NCBI GenBank assembly: GCA_963843575.1
Contig: CAWJKZ010000017.1
Coordinates: 260,734-324,733, forward strand
DNA length: 64,000 nucleotides
Origin: an uncultured Acidobacteriota bacterium
Lineage (GTDB): Bacteria; Acidobacteriota; UBA6911
Reading direction: 5' to 3'
The translations under genes were made by a program, and so were the position numbers. The notes under the pieces are model-generated. The model was not told the DNA's origin and ran no database searches. It saw only the letters and a list, made by a program, of their open reading frames with translations. Below, one piece after another: positions 1-11,405 of this stretch (position 1 is its first letter; each line of letters begins with the position of its first letter).

Positions 1-1450
1 TGTACTGTTCCAGATTCCGGCTTTGCGGGAAGACGAAGTCGACGCCCGCGTTCAGCTGGTACAGCGCACGATAGAACTGGTGCAGGATGCTGAGGTAATC
101 GTCCTGGTCCGAGAACGGCATGAAGCGGATGCCGTTGAACGAGTCGATGCTGTACAGGATCGCCACGTCGCTCGTGCGCCGCAGGTTGGCCAGCCGGGGG
201 CCGAGCTTTTTGAACTCGCTCCCGATTCGGCTTACCTCGGCGTACGCCCGGTTGGGCTCGAGGTCGTGCGAGAGCACCCCTTTCCAGTAAGTCTCCTGGC
301 CGTAGTGGAGCGAATGCCAATGCCAGTAAGCAACCATTTCGGCGCCGCTCGCGACATGGCTGAAGGCGCTGAGCCTCAGCTGCCCGTCGTAGGGGGGGTA
401 CTGCGTCCGCGAGTCCCAACCTATGGTCTGAGCATTCGTCTCGGTGACCAGGTAATTCTGCTGCTTCAGCGAGCGGCACAGGTCCCCGGAAAGGCTGATG
501 GGGAAGCCGTCGAGTTCGTCCTGCATGGCGTGGTAGGGATTGACCGCCGTGATGTCGAGGTGTTGTGCGATGTCCTGCTCGTCGATGTTGGTCCGGATGC
601 CGCCGACGAAATTGTGCATTATGAACTGGCCGGGTTTGCGGTACTCGGACACGATGCGCGCCTGCCAGGCCAGGAAATCGGTCACGATCTTCCGTTGGAA
701 GCGCTCCCATTCCAGCTTGTAGCCCGGGTTCAGGATTCCGTCGCGGGCGGGAAACTCGTCCCAGCCGTTCACGAGCTGCCCCCAGTAGGACAATCCCCAG
801 AGTTGATTGAGACGCTGGGGAGTCCCGAACTTCCGCTTGAGGTACTCGACGAATGCGATCTGGACGTTGCGCAGCGGCAGCCCGTTCGGCCCCGTCTCGT
901 TGTCGATCTGGTAACCAATCACCGCCGGATGGTCCTTGAAGTGCGACACAACCTGGCGGATGACGCGCTCGGCATAGAACAGGTACGCGGGGTGCGTGAT
1001 GTCCATGTTCTGGCGCGGTCCGTAAGCCCCCGGCGGCCTGGCTCCGGGATAGCTGGGCGACGTGGGATCGGACAGGGGCGGAGCCGTCGTCAGCTGCACC
1101 ACGACGATCTCGGGATGTCTGGCGTAGAGCCAGGGGGGGATGGAGTAGGTCGGGGTGCCCAGGATCACTTTGATGCCGGCCCGGTGCAGCCGGTCGAGGA
1201 TGCGTTCCATCCAATCGAACCGGAATTCACCGTCGCGGGGTTCCCAGCTACTCCACGTGGATTCGCCCAGCCGAACCACCGAGATGTTGGCCTTCTGCAT
1301 CAGCTCCACATCCTTGTCGAGCCGCTCGTAGGGCATGTACTCGTGGTAGTAGGAGGCGCCGTAGAGCAACGTGTCGATGCGGGCCTGCTGCGCCGCCAGG
1401 GGCAAGCACCCGATGGCGAGGGACACAAGGACGAATGTCGTTCGACCCAT
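1..1450 (-). CDS. GH42-family beta-galactosidase, secreted (C-terminus runs off the window)
   Basis: Not in the ORF track; read manually. ATG at 1450 after AGGAG RBS. Signal peptide MGRTTFVLVSLAIGCLPLAAQ, then YGASYYHEY, RLGESTWSSWEP, GTPTYSIPPW, YQIDNE and YWHWHSLHYGQETYWKG motifs typical of GH42. Confidence 0.9.
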   Translation of the reverse strand, partial: MGRTTFVLVSLAIGCLPLAAQQARIDTLLYGASYYHEYMPYERLDKDVELMQKANISVVRLGESTWSSWEPRDGEFRFDWMERILDRLHRAGIKVILGTPTYSIPPWLYARHPEIVVVQLTTAPPLSDPTSPSYPGARPPGAYGPRQNMDITHPAYLFYAERVIRQVVSHFKDHPAVIGYQIDNETGPNGLPLRNVQIAFVEYLKRKFGTPQRLNQLWGLSYWGQLVNGWDEFPARDGILNPGYKLEWERFQRKIVTDFLAWQARIVSEYRKPGQFIMHNFVGGIRTNIDEQDIAQHLDITAVNPYHAMQDELDGFPISLSGDLCRSLKQQNYLVTETNAQTIGWDSRTQYPPYDGQLRLSAFSHVASGAEMVAYWHWHSLHYGQETYWKGVLSHDLEPNRAYAEVSRIGSEFKKLGPRLANLRRTSDVAILYSIDSFNGIRFMPFSDQDDYLSILHQFYRALYQLNAGVDFVFPQSRNLEQY

Positions 1451-1717
1451 CTCAACTCCTCGATGTCGTGTACCGCCATATTCGCACTCATCCCCCCGCA
1501 AAGAAACCCTCATCCGTCGCTGAAGGTCATCCCGCGGGGCAGGGAGGAGCCGCCCCCGCCCACCACTTCGGCCGCGACTTGCAGCGGCGGTTCCGGGTCG
1601 TGCGCCGGCCCCGGGGACGACGACCGAAAAACGCGCCAACCCCCCCGGAGTTTGCCGGTTTGCGGAACAGGAAGTTGGTATATCATGCGGCTTCTGCGAA
1701 ATCCCAGGGAGCCGGTA

Positions 1718-3559
1718 ATGGGCACAAAGTTCAGCACGTGCACACTCTTGCTGCAGAACGCGCCCCCACGATCCCACCTAACCAGCCTCGACTGGTTGAT
1801 GATCGCCATTTACTTCGCAGTCCTGCTCTGTGTCGCCTGGTGGGTCGTGCGCAAGAGCAAAGACAACGCCACGGACTATTTTCTGGCAGGCCGCAATCTC
1901 GGCTGGTGGATCATCGGCGCGTCGATCTTTGCTTCAAATATCGGTTCAGAGCACGTGGTCGGGCTGGCCGGCTCGGGGGCAACCGATGGCGTGGCGATGG
2001 CCCACTATGAGCTGCACGCCTGGTGCCTGCTTGTGCTCGCGTGGGTCTTTGTCCCGTTCTACGCGCGCTCTCTCGTGTTCACCATGCCCGAGTTTCTCGA
2101 GAGGCGATTCTCCACTCCTTCGAGATATGTGCTGTCGGTGGTTTCCCTGATCACCTTCATCGTCTCCAAGATCGCGGTCGGAATCTTCGCAGGCGGCGTT
2201 GTCTTCAGTACCCTGCTGCCGGAACTGCGCCTCAACATCTGGGGAGTGGAGGTCGACAGCTTCTGGATCGGCTCCATTCTCGTGATCGTCCTGACGGGAC
2301 TGTACACGATTCTCGGCGGCATGCGCGCCGTTGCCTACAACGACGCCGTGCAGGTTACGGTCCTCATCACCGGGTCCGCGCTCCTCACCTTCTATGGGCT
2401 CAACAAACTGGGGGGTTGGGCAGAGCTTCGCCACTGGTGCGGGTCGGACATGTTCAACTTGTGGAAACCCCTCATTCCGCCCGGCGTGGAAGGCACATGG
2501 GCTCCCGTGATGGAACGAGATGCGCTCGGGAATGTCGTAAAACAGGCGTGGTATTTCAACGGACATTTCCCCTGGCTCGGCATGCTGTTCTGCGCACCGA
2601 TCATAGGGCTGTGGTATTGGTGCACCGATCAATACATCGTGCAGCGAGCGCTGGGCGCCCCCAACGAGACAATCGCCCGCCGGGGCAGCATTTTTGCCGC
2701 TTTCCTCAAGCTTTTTCCCGTTTACCTCTTCATTATCCCGGGGCTCGTCTGCTTCGCACTGGCGAAGAGCGGCAGGGTACCGGAACTGCAGAGCATCCTG
2801 ATCGCGCCCGACGGCTCCGTTACAAAAGAAGCTCAAGGGGCGTTCCCGCTGATGGTGCAATACCTGCTGCCGCCGGGCCTGCGCGGCATCGTCGTGGCCG
2901 GCTTGCTCTCGGCACTGATGGGATCGCTGGCGGGTGTGTTCAACGCCTGCTCGACCCTCTTTACCGTGGACATTTACGAGAAATGGAAACCCAAGGCCAC
3001 CCAGCATGATCTCGTACGCACCGGCCGCATCGCGACCGCCATCATGGTCCTGATCGCCCTCGCCTGGATCCCGGTGATCAAGGGAGCTTCAGGCCTGTAC
3101 AACTACCTGCAGGCCGTTCAGGGCTATCTCGCGCCCCCCATATTCGTGGTCTTCTTCTTCGGCGTTTTCTTCAAAAGGCTCAACGCCAAGGGCTGTTTGT
3201 GGGCCATGCTCGTAGGCTTCGTCCTGGGTATCTTCCGGATGCTCGTGGATACACCGGTCACGCTTGGGCTGAAGGGCTTCGAGAACGGCTACGAGCCCGG
3301 CTCTTTTCTCTGGATTGTCAACAACATCTACTTCCAGTACTTCAGCGTGCTGATTACCGTCGTCTCCGCCGTGGTGATGGTGGTGGTGAGCTACATGACC
3401 ACTGAGCCGGACTATGAGAGGATCAAGAGCCTGACATACGGCACGATCACCCAGGAGGACCGCAAACTCACACGTTTGAGCTGGGATTGGCGGGATCTCC
3501 TTTCGTCGGCAGTGGTGCTCGCCTGTATCCTGGGAGCTTACCTCTACTTCACAGGCTAG
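1718..3559 (+). CDS. Sodium:solute symporter (SSS/SLC5), probably for sugars
   Basis: DYFLAGR, ASNIGSEH, TMPEFLERRF, YTILGGMRAV and WYWCTDQYIVQRAL motifs; many TM helices. Real start is likely ATG 1718, divergent from the GH42 gene. Confidence 0.92.
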   Translation: MGTKFSTCTLLLQNAPPRSHLTSLDWLMIAIYFAVLLCVAWWVVRKSKDNATDYFLAGRNLGWWIIGASIFASNIGSEHVVGLAGSGATDGVAMAHYELHAWCLLVLAWVFVPFYARSLVFTMPEFLERRFSTPSRYVLSVVSLITFIVSKIAVGIFAGGVVFSTLLPELRLNIWGVEVDSFWIGSILVIVLTGLYTILGGMRAVAYNDAVQVTVLITGSALLTFYGLNKLGGWAELRHWCGSDMFNLWKPLIPPGVEGTWAPVMERDALGNVVKQAWYFNGHFPWLGMLFCAPIIGLWYWCTDQYIVQRALGAPNETIARRGSIFAAFLKLFPVYLFIIPGLVCFALAKSGRVPELQSILIAPDGSVTKEAQGAFPLMVQYLLPPGLRGIVVAGLLSALMGSLAGVFNACSTLFTVDIYEKWKPKATQHDLVRTGRIATAIMVLIALAWIPVIKGASGLYNYLQAVQGYLAPPIFVVFFFGVFFKRLNAKGCLWAMLVGFVLGIFRMLVDTPVTLGLKGFENGYEPGSFLWIVNNIYFQYFSVLITVVSAVVMVVVSYMTTEPDYERIKSLTYGTITQEDRKLTRLSWDWRDLLSSAVVLACILGAYLYFTG

Positions 3560-3726
3560 CGGCCGGCAAACGGGTGGCGCCGGGCTGCAGACTCCCGAAT
3601 CTGCAATGGCCCGGAGCGATGAAGCAGTGTTGCCCTTCGACACGAATTGCCCGACTGGCAGCCGGGACAGGTGCGGGCGAACAGGCCCCGCGGCGTGCCG
3701 TTCAATGAGTGGAATCCGGAGACGAA

Positions 3727-4095
3727 ATGAGCCTTTCGACTGAGCTGTCGGCACAGAGTGCCTCGACCCTCATCCTGATAAACCGCGACGGCATGGGATC
3801 GGCCGAAGAGGCGCTGCGCCGCAAGCTGCTGCGCATCTATCTGACCATGCTCCTCGAAAATGAGCTGTTACCCGGCGCCATCTGCTTCTATGCCGACGGG
3901 GTGAGGATGGTGGTGCAGGATTCCCCGGTCCTCGACCTGCTGCTCGCGCTGGAAGCGAAGGGAGTTCACCTCGTCGTCTGCACGACCTGCCTTCAGCATT
4001 TCGGTTTGGCGAACAAGGTGGCGGTAGGGGTCGCCGGGGGAATGCCCGATATTCTTCTGGCGCAGTGGAAGGCGAGCAAGGTGATTACACTCTGA
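3727..4095 (+). CDS. DsrE/YedF-like sulfurtransferase family protein
   Basis: DGMG...FYADGV...GVHLVVCTTCL (CxxC)...GGMPDIL pattern of YedF/DsrE proteins. Confidence 0.75.
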   Translation: MSLSTELSAQSASTLILINRDGMGSAEEALRRKLLRIYLTMLLENELLPGAICFYADGVRMVVQDSPVLDLLLALEAKGVHLVVCTTCLQHFGLANKVAVGVAGGMPDILLAQWKASKVITL

Positions 4096-4181
4096 ACGGG
4101 CACGGGTGGGCGGGTTCGGCCCGACCCCGTCCCGCCGAACAAGCAGCGATTACGAATATAGGTGAAAACGCCCGATCATCA

Positions 4182-6507
4182 TCAGGTTCCCTGGGCCGCG
4201 TCGGGCCGCCGTGGCCCACCGCGCGCGTCATCGGGCAGGCTCGGTCCGTCTTCCTGGGTGTCACCGCTGGTTTCGTCCTCCCCCTCCCGGACGCCGGTCT
4301 CAGGCTCGCGGTTGGATAGTTCGGCAACGACATCCGACAACACCCTTTGCCTGGTCGCCGACCGCAGCTCCCGGTTCATGCGGCGGAGAGCCACGCCAAC
4401 CACGTCGCGATGGTGCAGCCTGACACCGAACTTCTCGGTGAGGTCGAGCCACATCTGGTGAAGCAGTTCGAGGTCCTGCGGCCACAGGCGCGGGCGGGTG
4501 CGGCCCCATGTTCACGTAAATCGACGGACGGTCGGGCGAGATGATCTCCAGCGAAAAAGCGTGCCGCCCCTCGGACGTCTTTTCCCAGGCCTGGCCTATG
4601 CGGCGCGCCAGAACTTCCGATACCATCCGGGCGGAGACCCCGGTCACCAGCCGCGCGGCCTTGAGCTTGGAGGCCGAATAAACCATCGCCTCGAACGGGT
4701 CGATCCCGGGTACTACGACGAGCTCGACCGGTTTCCCCTCCTTCTCCGCCATCGCGACGACCCGCGAAAACAACTCCTGTTCGTAACTCGTGAACAGCTG
4801 GCCTTCGCGCAGCTGGTATTCTCCCGTGCCCGCGGTGGAAACGCGCCGCACCGTCATGACGACTACGTCCTGCTTGAGCGTGTTCGTCTTCTGCAGAACC
4901 GATTGCAGGTGCAGCATGCGGTTGTAGTCGCGGACCGCCACCAGCACGCACCCAGGCCTGACGTGCATCCCCTTCTGGTCGAGATCGGCGCGCATGTCGA
5001 GCCTGAACTGCTCGAGCCCTGCCTTGACGCGCTTCGCCCGCATCATCCGCTCGGAGATGGTGAAAACCACGAATAGAATCATGGTGAAGGCGAATCCGGA
5101 CAGGGTGGCGATCCGCTTCGAGAAGAGGTTGGCCACGGCGACGGAGAACAGCACCAGGATGGTCAGCCCCAACCCGACGGGGATTTCCAGCTTCCCCACC
5201 CTTACGTTCAGCGGAACCTTGTACTCCTGATCGTGACGCTGGAACCGGAGCACGAAAACACCAAGCGACTTCAGGAAGAAACTCCACACGATCCCGAAAG
5301 CATAGGCCTCTCCGAGAAGGTACGTGTTGCCACGGCTGGCGACGATCGTGGCGAGCTGCAGAACCGTGATGATGTTTATGATGCGATAGGTGGTGCCGTA
5401 GCGGCGGTGAGGTTTCTGGAAGGCGCTGTGGAGCACGCCGTCCTCCGCAACGCGGTTCATTACGCCGTTGGCGCCGATGATCGAGGTGTTGACCGCGCCG
5501 GAGAGGATCAGGATGCCGACGATCACGACGAACACGTGAAAAATGAGGCGGAGCAGCTCCGGACCGGCCAGGTGCATCGCCAGCCCTCCCAGCAGGTTTT
5601 CCACGTAATTCCCTCGCACGTTGTCCGGGATGATCATCGCCGCCAGAATCGTGATAACCCCCGTCGAAACGGCGGCATAGGTGCACACGATCGTGGCCGT
5701 GATCTTCAGGTTCTTCAGCTTCGGGGCGGCGAGCTCGCGGTAGACCTGCGCCAGCGTCTCGAATCCGCTCATGGACAGGAGCGAGTGACCGAATGCGATG
5801 ATGATGGCTACCACCGGTATGGTGGGCCAGAATGTACCCTCGAACCACCCGAGCGATTCACTGCTGAAGCGCAGGTGCGACGGGGTCGGCGCCGGCGGAA
5901 TCTGGGCCGGTCCTCGAAGGATAAGGGTTAGCGAGCACCAGACCAAAAACATGACGATCATGACCGTGGTGATCTGCATGATCCTGAGCGCTTTGCTGCT
6001 GGACTCCGGAATGCCCTTGGTGTTCAGCCACCAGAAGTAGACGGTAACGGCCAGCGCAAACGCCACCGCGAACATCTCCGGCGATATCCGCAAGGCCGAG
6101 TGCATCGTCTCGGCTGCTTCGTTGATCAGTCGCCCAAGGTACTGGCCCGCGCTCACGCTGCTGATTGGTCCGGTCAGGATGTAGTCAAAGATCAGTGCCG
6201 AAACGGAAAGCCGTGCTACGAACGACCCCATGGCGTCGCGTATCACGACGTAGACGCCTCCGCGCACGAACATGCTGCTGCTTTCCATGTAGACCGCGCG
6301 AACGGCGAAGGTGAAAAGCATCACCCCGAGAATGAACCATGGAGCGCTCCTGCCGATGGCCCGCTCGGCGATGCCGCCGGCGTAATAGACGCTGGAGCCA
6401 AGGTCGTTGAGGACAATGGCCGCCGCCCGCCAGAACGAGATGAACGAGAGCATCACCGTGCTGGCGACGACAACCTTCGTGGGCGTGGTTTTCTCCGAAC
6501 CGGGCAT
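4182..6507 (-). CDS. APC-superfamily permease, KimA-like K+ transporter candidate (apparent frameshift near 4490)
   Basis: LNDLGSSVYY in TM1, about 12 TMs and a cytoplasmic C-terminal domain. The ORF 4300-6507 continues in another frame (HPPRLWPQDLELLHQMWLDL...) to a stop at 4182. Confidence 0.8.
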
Positions 6508-6514
6508 TGAATTC

Positions 6515-7027
6515 CTACCTGTAGGTCACCTTGATCACTTCGCGGCCGCGCCGTCGAAGCGATGCGACGAGTCGCTCCGTCTTCAGGAAAGGCCGGGGGA
6601 CGATCCCCCACCCGCGCAGACCGACAGAAAGGGGTGAGTGCTTGTGGAACTGCGCCGAGAAGCCCTTCCAGGACGTCACGGCAGAGGCAAAGGTAAAGGT
6701 GCGGCCGTGCGCCGACCGACGACGCGAGCCCTCTGAGCCTCTGGAAGGTAAACGCCGGAGAAACAGGGGGGCGCTGGAGGCACAGCGGGTAAGGAACAAC
6801 TTGGGGGACTATAAGAGCAACCTGCGCATCCAGACCGGCTGACATCGAGATTGCGGTTGAGAGTGCCGCCCTCGTGCCTTCCGTGGTCGTGAATACCACG
6901 CAGATCCGCAGGTACTCCCAAGCCGTGCGTGCTTCCGGTAAAACGATCCGAAGGTCGAGGGCAGTTCACCAACCGGCTGCAACACGACGGCGCACGATCT
7001 GCTGCCATCCTGATCCATGACAAGCAT
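6515..7027 (-). CDS. Small Usp-like protein of kdp neighbourhoods (frameshifted)
   Basis: VVFTTTEGTRAAL...LIVPQVVPYPL...LYLCLCRD...ERLVASLRRRGREVI split across three frames; resembles hypothetical proteins I recall from acidobacterial kdp clusters. Confidence 0.55.
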
Positions 7028-7036
7028 CCGATGTGA

Positions 7037-7080
7037 ATTTTAGGCGGCGATCCGTAAGGAAGTCATAAAGAGAGCATCAG
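7037..7080 (-). promoter_or_regulatory. Putative KdpE-binding tandem repeats plus -10 box
   Basis: Minus strand CTGATG-n5-TTTATG-n5-CTTACG (11-bp periodicity) followed by TAAAAT; resembles OmpR-family/KdpE boxes. Confidence 0.45.
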
Positions 7081-7263
7081 GAATCCCTCAGTGGGCAGGC
7101 GGTGTGGAGGCCGGAACGGGGACTGCCACGGAAGACACTGGGCACACGGACTCGGCCCGGCTTCCGTGTCCTTCATTGTCTTCCGTGGCAAGTTATTGAT
7201 TCCCGGCCAGTCAGGACCGACTTGGACTTTGGGCTTTACCCGGCGGTTGCGGGCAAAACGGGG

Positions 7264-7954
7264 CTATTCGGGGAGAACAAGCCGGTATCCGACCCAGGGC
7301 TCGGTCAGAAGGTAGCGGGGCGTAGAAGGGTTGCGTTCGATCTTCTTGCGCAGCTGATTCACGAACACGCGCAGGTACTCGACCTCGTCGCGGTAATCCG
7401 GCCCCCAGACCGCCTGCAGAAGCCGGGCGTGCGAGATCGGGATGTTGGGGTGGGCCACCAGGTACTGGAGAAGGTCGAACTCCTTCGGGGTCAGCCGCAC
7501 CTCGCGCCTCGCCCGCCGTGACGCGCCGCGTGGTGAAGTTGACTTCGACCTCGTCGAATCGAACCAGCTGCGGAACGCCGGCTCCGGCACTCGCGCGTCT
7601 CAGCGCCGCCCGGATGCGGGCCAGCAGTTCCGGGAAGCTGAAGGGCTTCGTCACGTAGTCGTCGGCCCCCGCGTCGAGGGCCTGCACCTTGTCCGGTTCG
7701 CTGTCCCGGACGGTGAGCATGATGATGGCTCCGTTGAAGCCTGACCGCAGCGAGCGGCAGGTCTCGATCCCGCCGATCCCGGGCATGTTCATGTCGAGCA
7801 GGACGAGGTCGAGTCTCTCGGCCCGCACGCGTTCGAGCGCCTCTTCCCCGTTGCGGGCGTCGTCGACCTCGTAGCCCTGAGAGACCAGGGCGGTGCGCAG
7901 GACGCGCCGGATCTGCGGGTCGTCGTCCACCACGAGTATGCGTCCGGAACTCAT
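7264..7954 (-). CDS. kdpE: KdpE-like OmpR-family response regulator (frameshift near 7520)
   Basis: ILVVDDD, LLDMNMPG, GADDYVTKPF; winged helix LTPKEFDLL...YLRVFVNQLRKKIE...TEPWVGYRL. ATG overlaps the kinase stop. Confidence 0.85.
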
Positions 7955-9428
7955 GCTTCCTCCCGCTGCGGCGCCTGATCGGGAATCGCAGGACAAATTC
8001 CGTCCCGCGCTCGGCGCTGCTCGCGACCGCCGATGGTGCCTCCGTGCGCCAGCAGGATTTCCCGTGCTATGGCCAGCCCCATGCCGGTGCCGAGAACGTG
8101 CTGCCCCACATTCGGACCGCGATAGAACTTGTCGAATACCCGCGCCTGCTCTTCGGCGCGAGAGCGGTTCGCCCCAGTTGTGCACCCCTATTTCGACCAC
8201 GCCGCCGACCGCCTTCGCGCTGATCCCGACCGGGGACCGTCGCGCCGAATACTTGACGGCGTTGTCGAGCAGCTGCCGGAGAGCGACCTGCATCAGTTGC
8301 AGATCGATCTCCACGGGGGGCAGACCCGGCGCTATCGAGAGATCGACGGCGCGCCCGTCGCGTCCGAGCGACATCTGGTCCAGCGCGCCGCCGATCAGGC
8401 CGGAGACGGAGTGCGCCCGCCTGTTGAGATCGACCTTGCCCGCTTCGATGCGCGCGAGGTGCGTGGTCTCGGTCACGAGCCTGTTCAGTCTCTCCGCTTC
8501 TTGGTCCACGACGGTGAGGAGTTCCTCCCGCTGCTTTTCGTTTATGTTGCCGCCGGAAAGAAGGGCCGTCGTCGCCCCCTTGATGGACGTCAGCGGTGTC
8601 TTGAATTCGTGCGCCAGCGCATCGAGCAGCGTGGACTTGAACTCTTCGCTCTGCCGGACAGCCGCGGCACTGGTGGCGATCTGGTGGCTGCGCGCATTCT
8701 CCAGCGTAATCGCGATCAGGTTCAGCAGCGCCTGGACGGCCGGGTCCGGCGAGGTGCTCCCCGCCAGAAGAACGCTCCCGATGCACTTCCCGCCCGGACA
8801 TGAGCGGACGGATCATGCTTTCGCTCTCGGGCTGATCCAGCGGAGTACAGTCCCGGGCAGCCACTTTCAACCGGAGTTCCAGATCCGTCATGGGGCACTT
8901 CCCGGCCGAGTACACCGCGCGCCGCGCGGCATCGAAGATTGCGACGCCCCGGGCGGGGTAGATCCGCAGCACCTCGTCGGCGACCTGCGCGGCAATCGAA
9001 GGATTCGGCTCGATCAGCATGATGGCGCGGCTGAGTTCGTAGAGCCGTTCCACCTCGAGCCTCCTGCTGGTCGCCTCCGCCGCCCTATGCCTGGCAGCAG
9101 CCGAAAGCTCACTCGCAATCAGCGCCGTCGCCAGGAAGGCGAAAAACGCCACCCAGTTGTGAGGGTCGCTGATTTCCCATGTCCCGATCGGCGGGAGGAA
9201 GAAGTAATTGAAGCAGAACGCAGCCGCAATCGCCGCCGCAACGGATTCGTAGAATCCACCGTACGCCGCAGTGACGAGCACCTCGATCAGATACGCAAAA
9301 CCTGCCGTGCTCGCGTTGACGGGAATGGCGAGGGTGAAGACTGCAGTCGCACCCACTACACTGCCCAGCGCGGCCATTCCAACAAGCATCGTCCTCGTGA
9401 GGTGAGAGTGGCGTGTCCGTCGAGGCAT
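7951..9428 (-). CDS. kdpD: KdpD-like sensor histidine kinase, short form: DUF4118 TMs, GAF, HisKA, HATPase (several frameshifts)
   Basis: CFNYFFLPP...WVAFFAFL TM block, ERLYELSR, LLDALAHEFKTPLTSIK, QLLDNAVKYS, GTGMGL spread over three frames. Confidence 0.8.
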
Positions 9429-9725
9429 CTTGTCCGTCCGCTTCGGCTCCGTGGTATCAAACCGGAAGCAAGGTGGCGCGGCACCGCCGCACAACCTATA
9501 CAGTACACTTGAAGGTCAACGCGATAAAACAGCTGGTTCCAGGAGATGAGCTGCAGAAGACCCGGATGGGGAGTGCAAAAGCGTTGTTTCGGACGCGACC
9601 GGTCCCTGGCTGTAGTGAGGGGAGCCAATGATCAGGGGGTGAACTTGCCGCGTGGTTGCGCCGGGTGCCCTCGAACACAGGGACACCGCGCTGTCGCTGC
9701 GCCGGCTCGGTTCGCCTCCCGGGCC

Positions 9726-9763
9726 GGCTGGCGCCGCGAAAAGGATCGCGGCGCCAGCCCTAC
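9726..9763 (-). repeat. GTAG-type REP-like palindrome
   Basis: Perfect 14-bp stem GGCTGGCGCCGCGA/TCGCGGCGCCAGCC with a 6-nt loop, preceded by GTAG on the minus strand. Confidence 0.5.
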
Positions 9764-9963
9764 CGTGTTCGACGCGCCTTTGCCGGACGTATCGCTGGAG
9801 CCTGCCGAGAACCTCGGCCAGCCTTCGCGCGAGCAGTCAACGCTCGGATCCACCTCGCCTGGATGCCACTGCCAGGCACGCGATGGGGCGATACCAGGAG
9901 ATTAAGCGTCGGGCACTCGACGGTTCCTGCAATCGGCTGTAATGCCGGTAAGCTTCTTCGTTG

Positions 9964-11061
9964 CTATTTCTTCAGAATCCGCAATGCGTTATCCCGATAG
10001 AGCTTTTTGAGAGTGGCATCGCTAAGCCCTACTCCGGAGAGGGCAAATCGCGTAGTTTGCCACATCCCAGGCGTAGAAGTGTTCGTCGAGCGTCTCCCAG
10101 ATATGGAATGAATTCCGATACATGGGCAGGCTGTAACCCTGGTCGGTACCCCAGACCAGGCGGTCAGCGTACTTCTCCATAAACTGCTTTGCGAACCTGG
10201 GGATGGCTGCTACATACGCTTCTCTCTGGGATACGTCGGCATACAGGTTTGGATACTTATCAAGCATTCTTCCGAGCTGATTCAGATCGTATGTCTGGTT
10301 CATGAAATGGCAGGCGACGAAAGTCGTTCGCGGATGTTTTTTCACGGCGCTTTCCAGGATAGCTCCCATTTCTTCAAGGTTCAAAATGTTCCGGCTTATT
10401 GTCGAGCCGGAAATTGAGTAGCCTCGAACAACAGGTCATTGTGATCGTCCATCGGTTCGTACATCCATTTCGGATCTCCCATGTGGACGTTGATCGGCAG
10501 TTTGAGGTCGGCAAGTTTTTCCAGAATAGGATCCATGCGCGGATCGTCGAGGTGCATTGGCGGGGTTGTACCGCGCATATCCGGCTCCCTTTATCACTGA
10601 TCTCGCCGACGCCCTTGGCGCCGAGCTTCACGCATCTTTCCAGTTCAGCTATGGTCGAAGCAGGGACGTAGCCTGAAAAATCGAACCCGCACCACAGTTC
10701 GATGCGATCGGGGTATTTTCCGAAAACGGCCGCCAGGTCATCGAATGCCTTCCCTGTACCGCAAAAGAGAATGGTTTTTTGAATGCCACATTCATCCATG
10801 TTTTTCAACAGCTCGGCAGCGGCCTTATTCAAATCGCCGCCTCCGCGAGGGGCATGCATGTGCATGTCAATGGCCGGATACTTGGCCTTTAGAACCTGGG
10901 TCTGGGGCGTCTTAAAAATGGATTGCGGTCTGTAATCCTTCAGAAGCAGCGTGTCCTGCAATCCCGGCTGCTCTGAATTGACGTTGCTGCGCCTGCGAAA
11001 CAAGAATGATTACAGAACACAACAATGAGAATAGTAAACTTTTCAATAGTAGTTTTTTCAT
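9964..11061 (-). CDS. Amidohydrolase_2 family metallo-hydrolase, secreted (multiple frameshifts)
   Basis: IDMHMH, GAKGVGEISDKG, PINVHMGDP, FVACH, RLVWGTD and LKKLYRDNALRIL segments across frames; visibly lower GC than its neighbours. Confidence 0.8.
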
Positions 11062-11305
11062 AAGGTTATCCCATCACGTTAGATTAAGAGCTCACGTAGA
11101 ACCAGGCGAGGCATGGCGACTCTCCGGTTATCAGAAGCAAGAGAAAGCGAACTCCTGATCCAAAACGACGACTCTTTCTGTCCTATCCCTCGCATTGCCT
11201 TGTCAAGCAAAATTCTCATTGACTCCGGCGAATCCGACGCCGCAGCTGGCCGGCCTGGCTGGCGGCCCGGGACCTCAATACTGTGGAACGAAAGCGGACC
11301 TCCTG

Positions 11306-11347
11306 AACGTTTCTCAGGACGCCGATGTACGCGGATTTTCGCAGATC
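11306..11347 (+). repeat. Dispersed palindromic repeat family, copy 1
   Basis: aacgtttctcaggacgccgatgtacgcggat matches the reverse complement of 34831-34860 at 29/31 positions. Confidence 0.7.
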
Positions 11348-11405
11348 AAAAAAGAGGCATTGGTGACAGGTCGCGCCGTGAACCCGTAAAATCCGGAACA
11401 CCGGG

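Noticed and set aside
23-1717. N-terminal 565 aa of the 1178-aa ORF, suggesting a giant fused symporter
   Set aside because: It is the antisense shadow of the GH42 gene plus intergenic DNA; the symporter starts near 1718.
4480-4500. Programmed ribosomal frameshifting at this and other frame breaks
   Set aside because: No slippery heptamers, and the breaks are too many across unrelated genes; sequencing error is more parsimonious.
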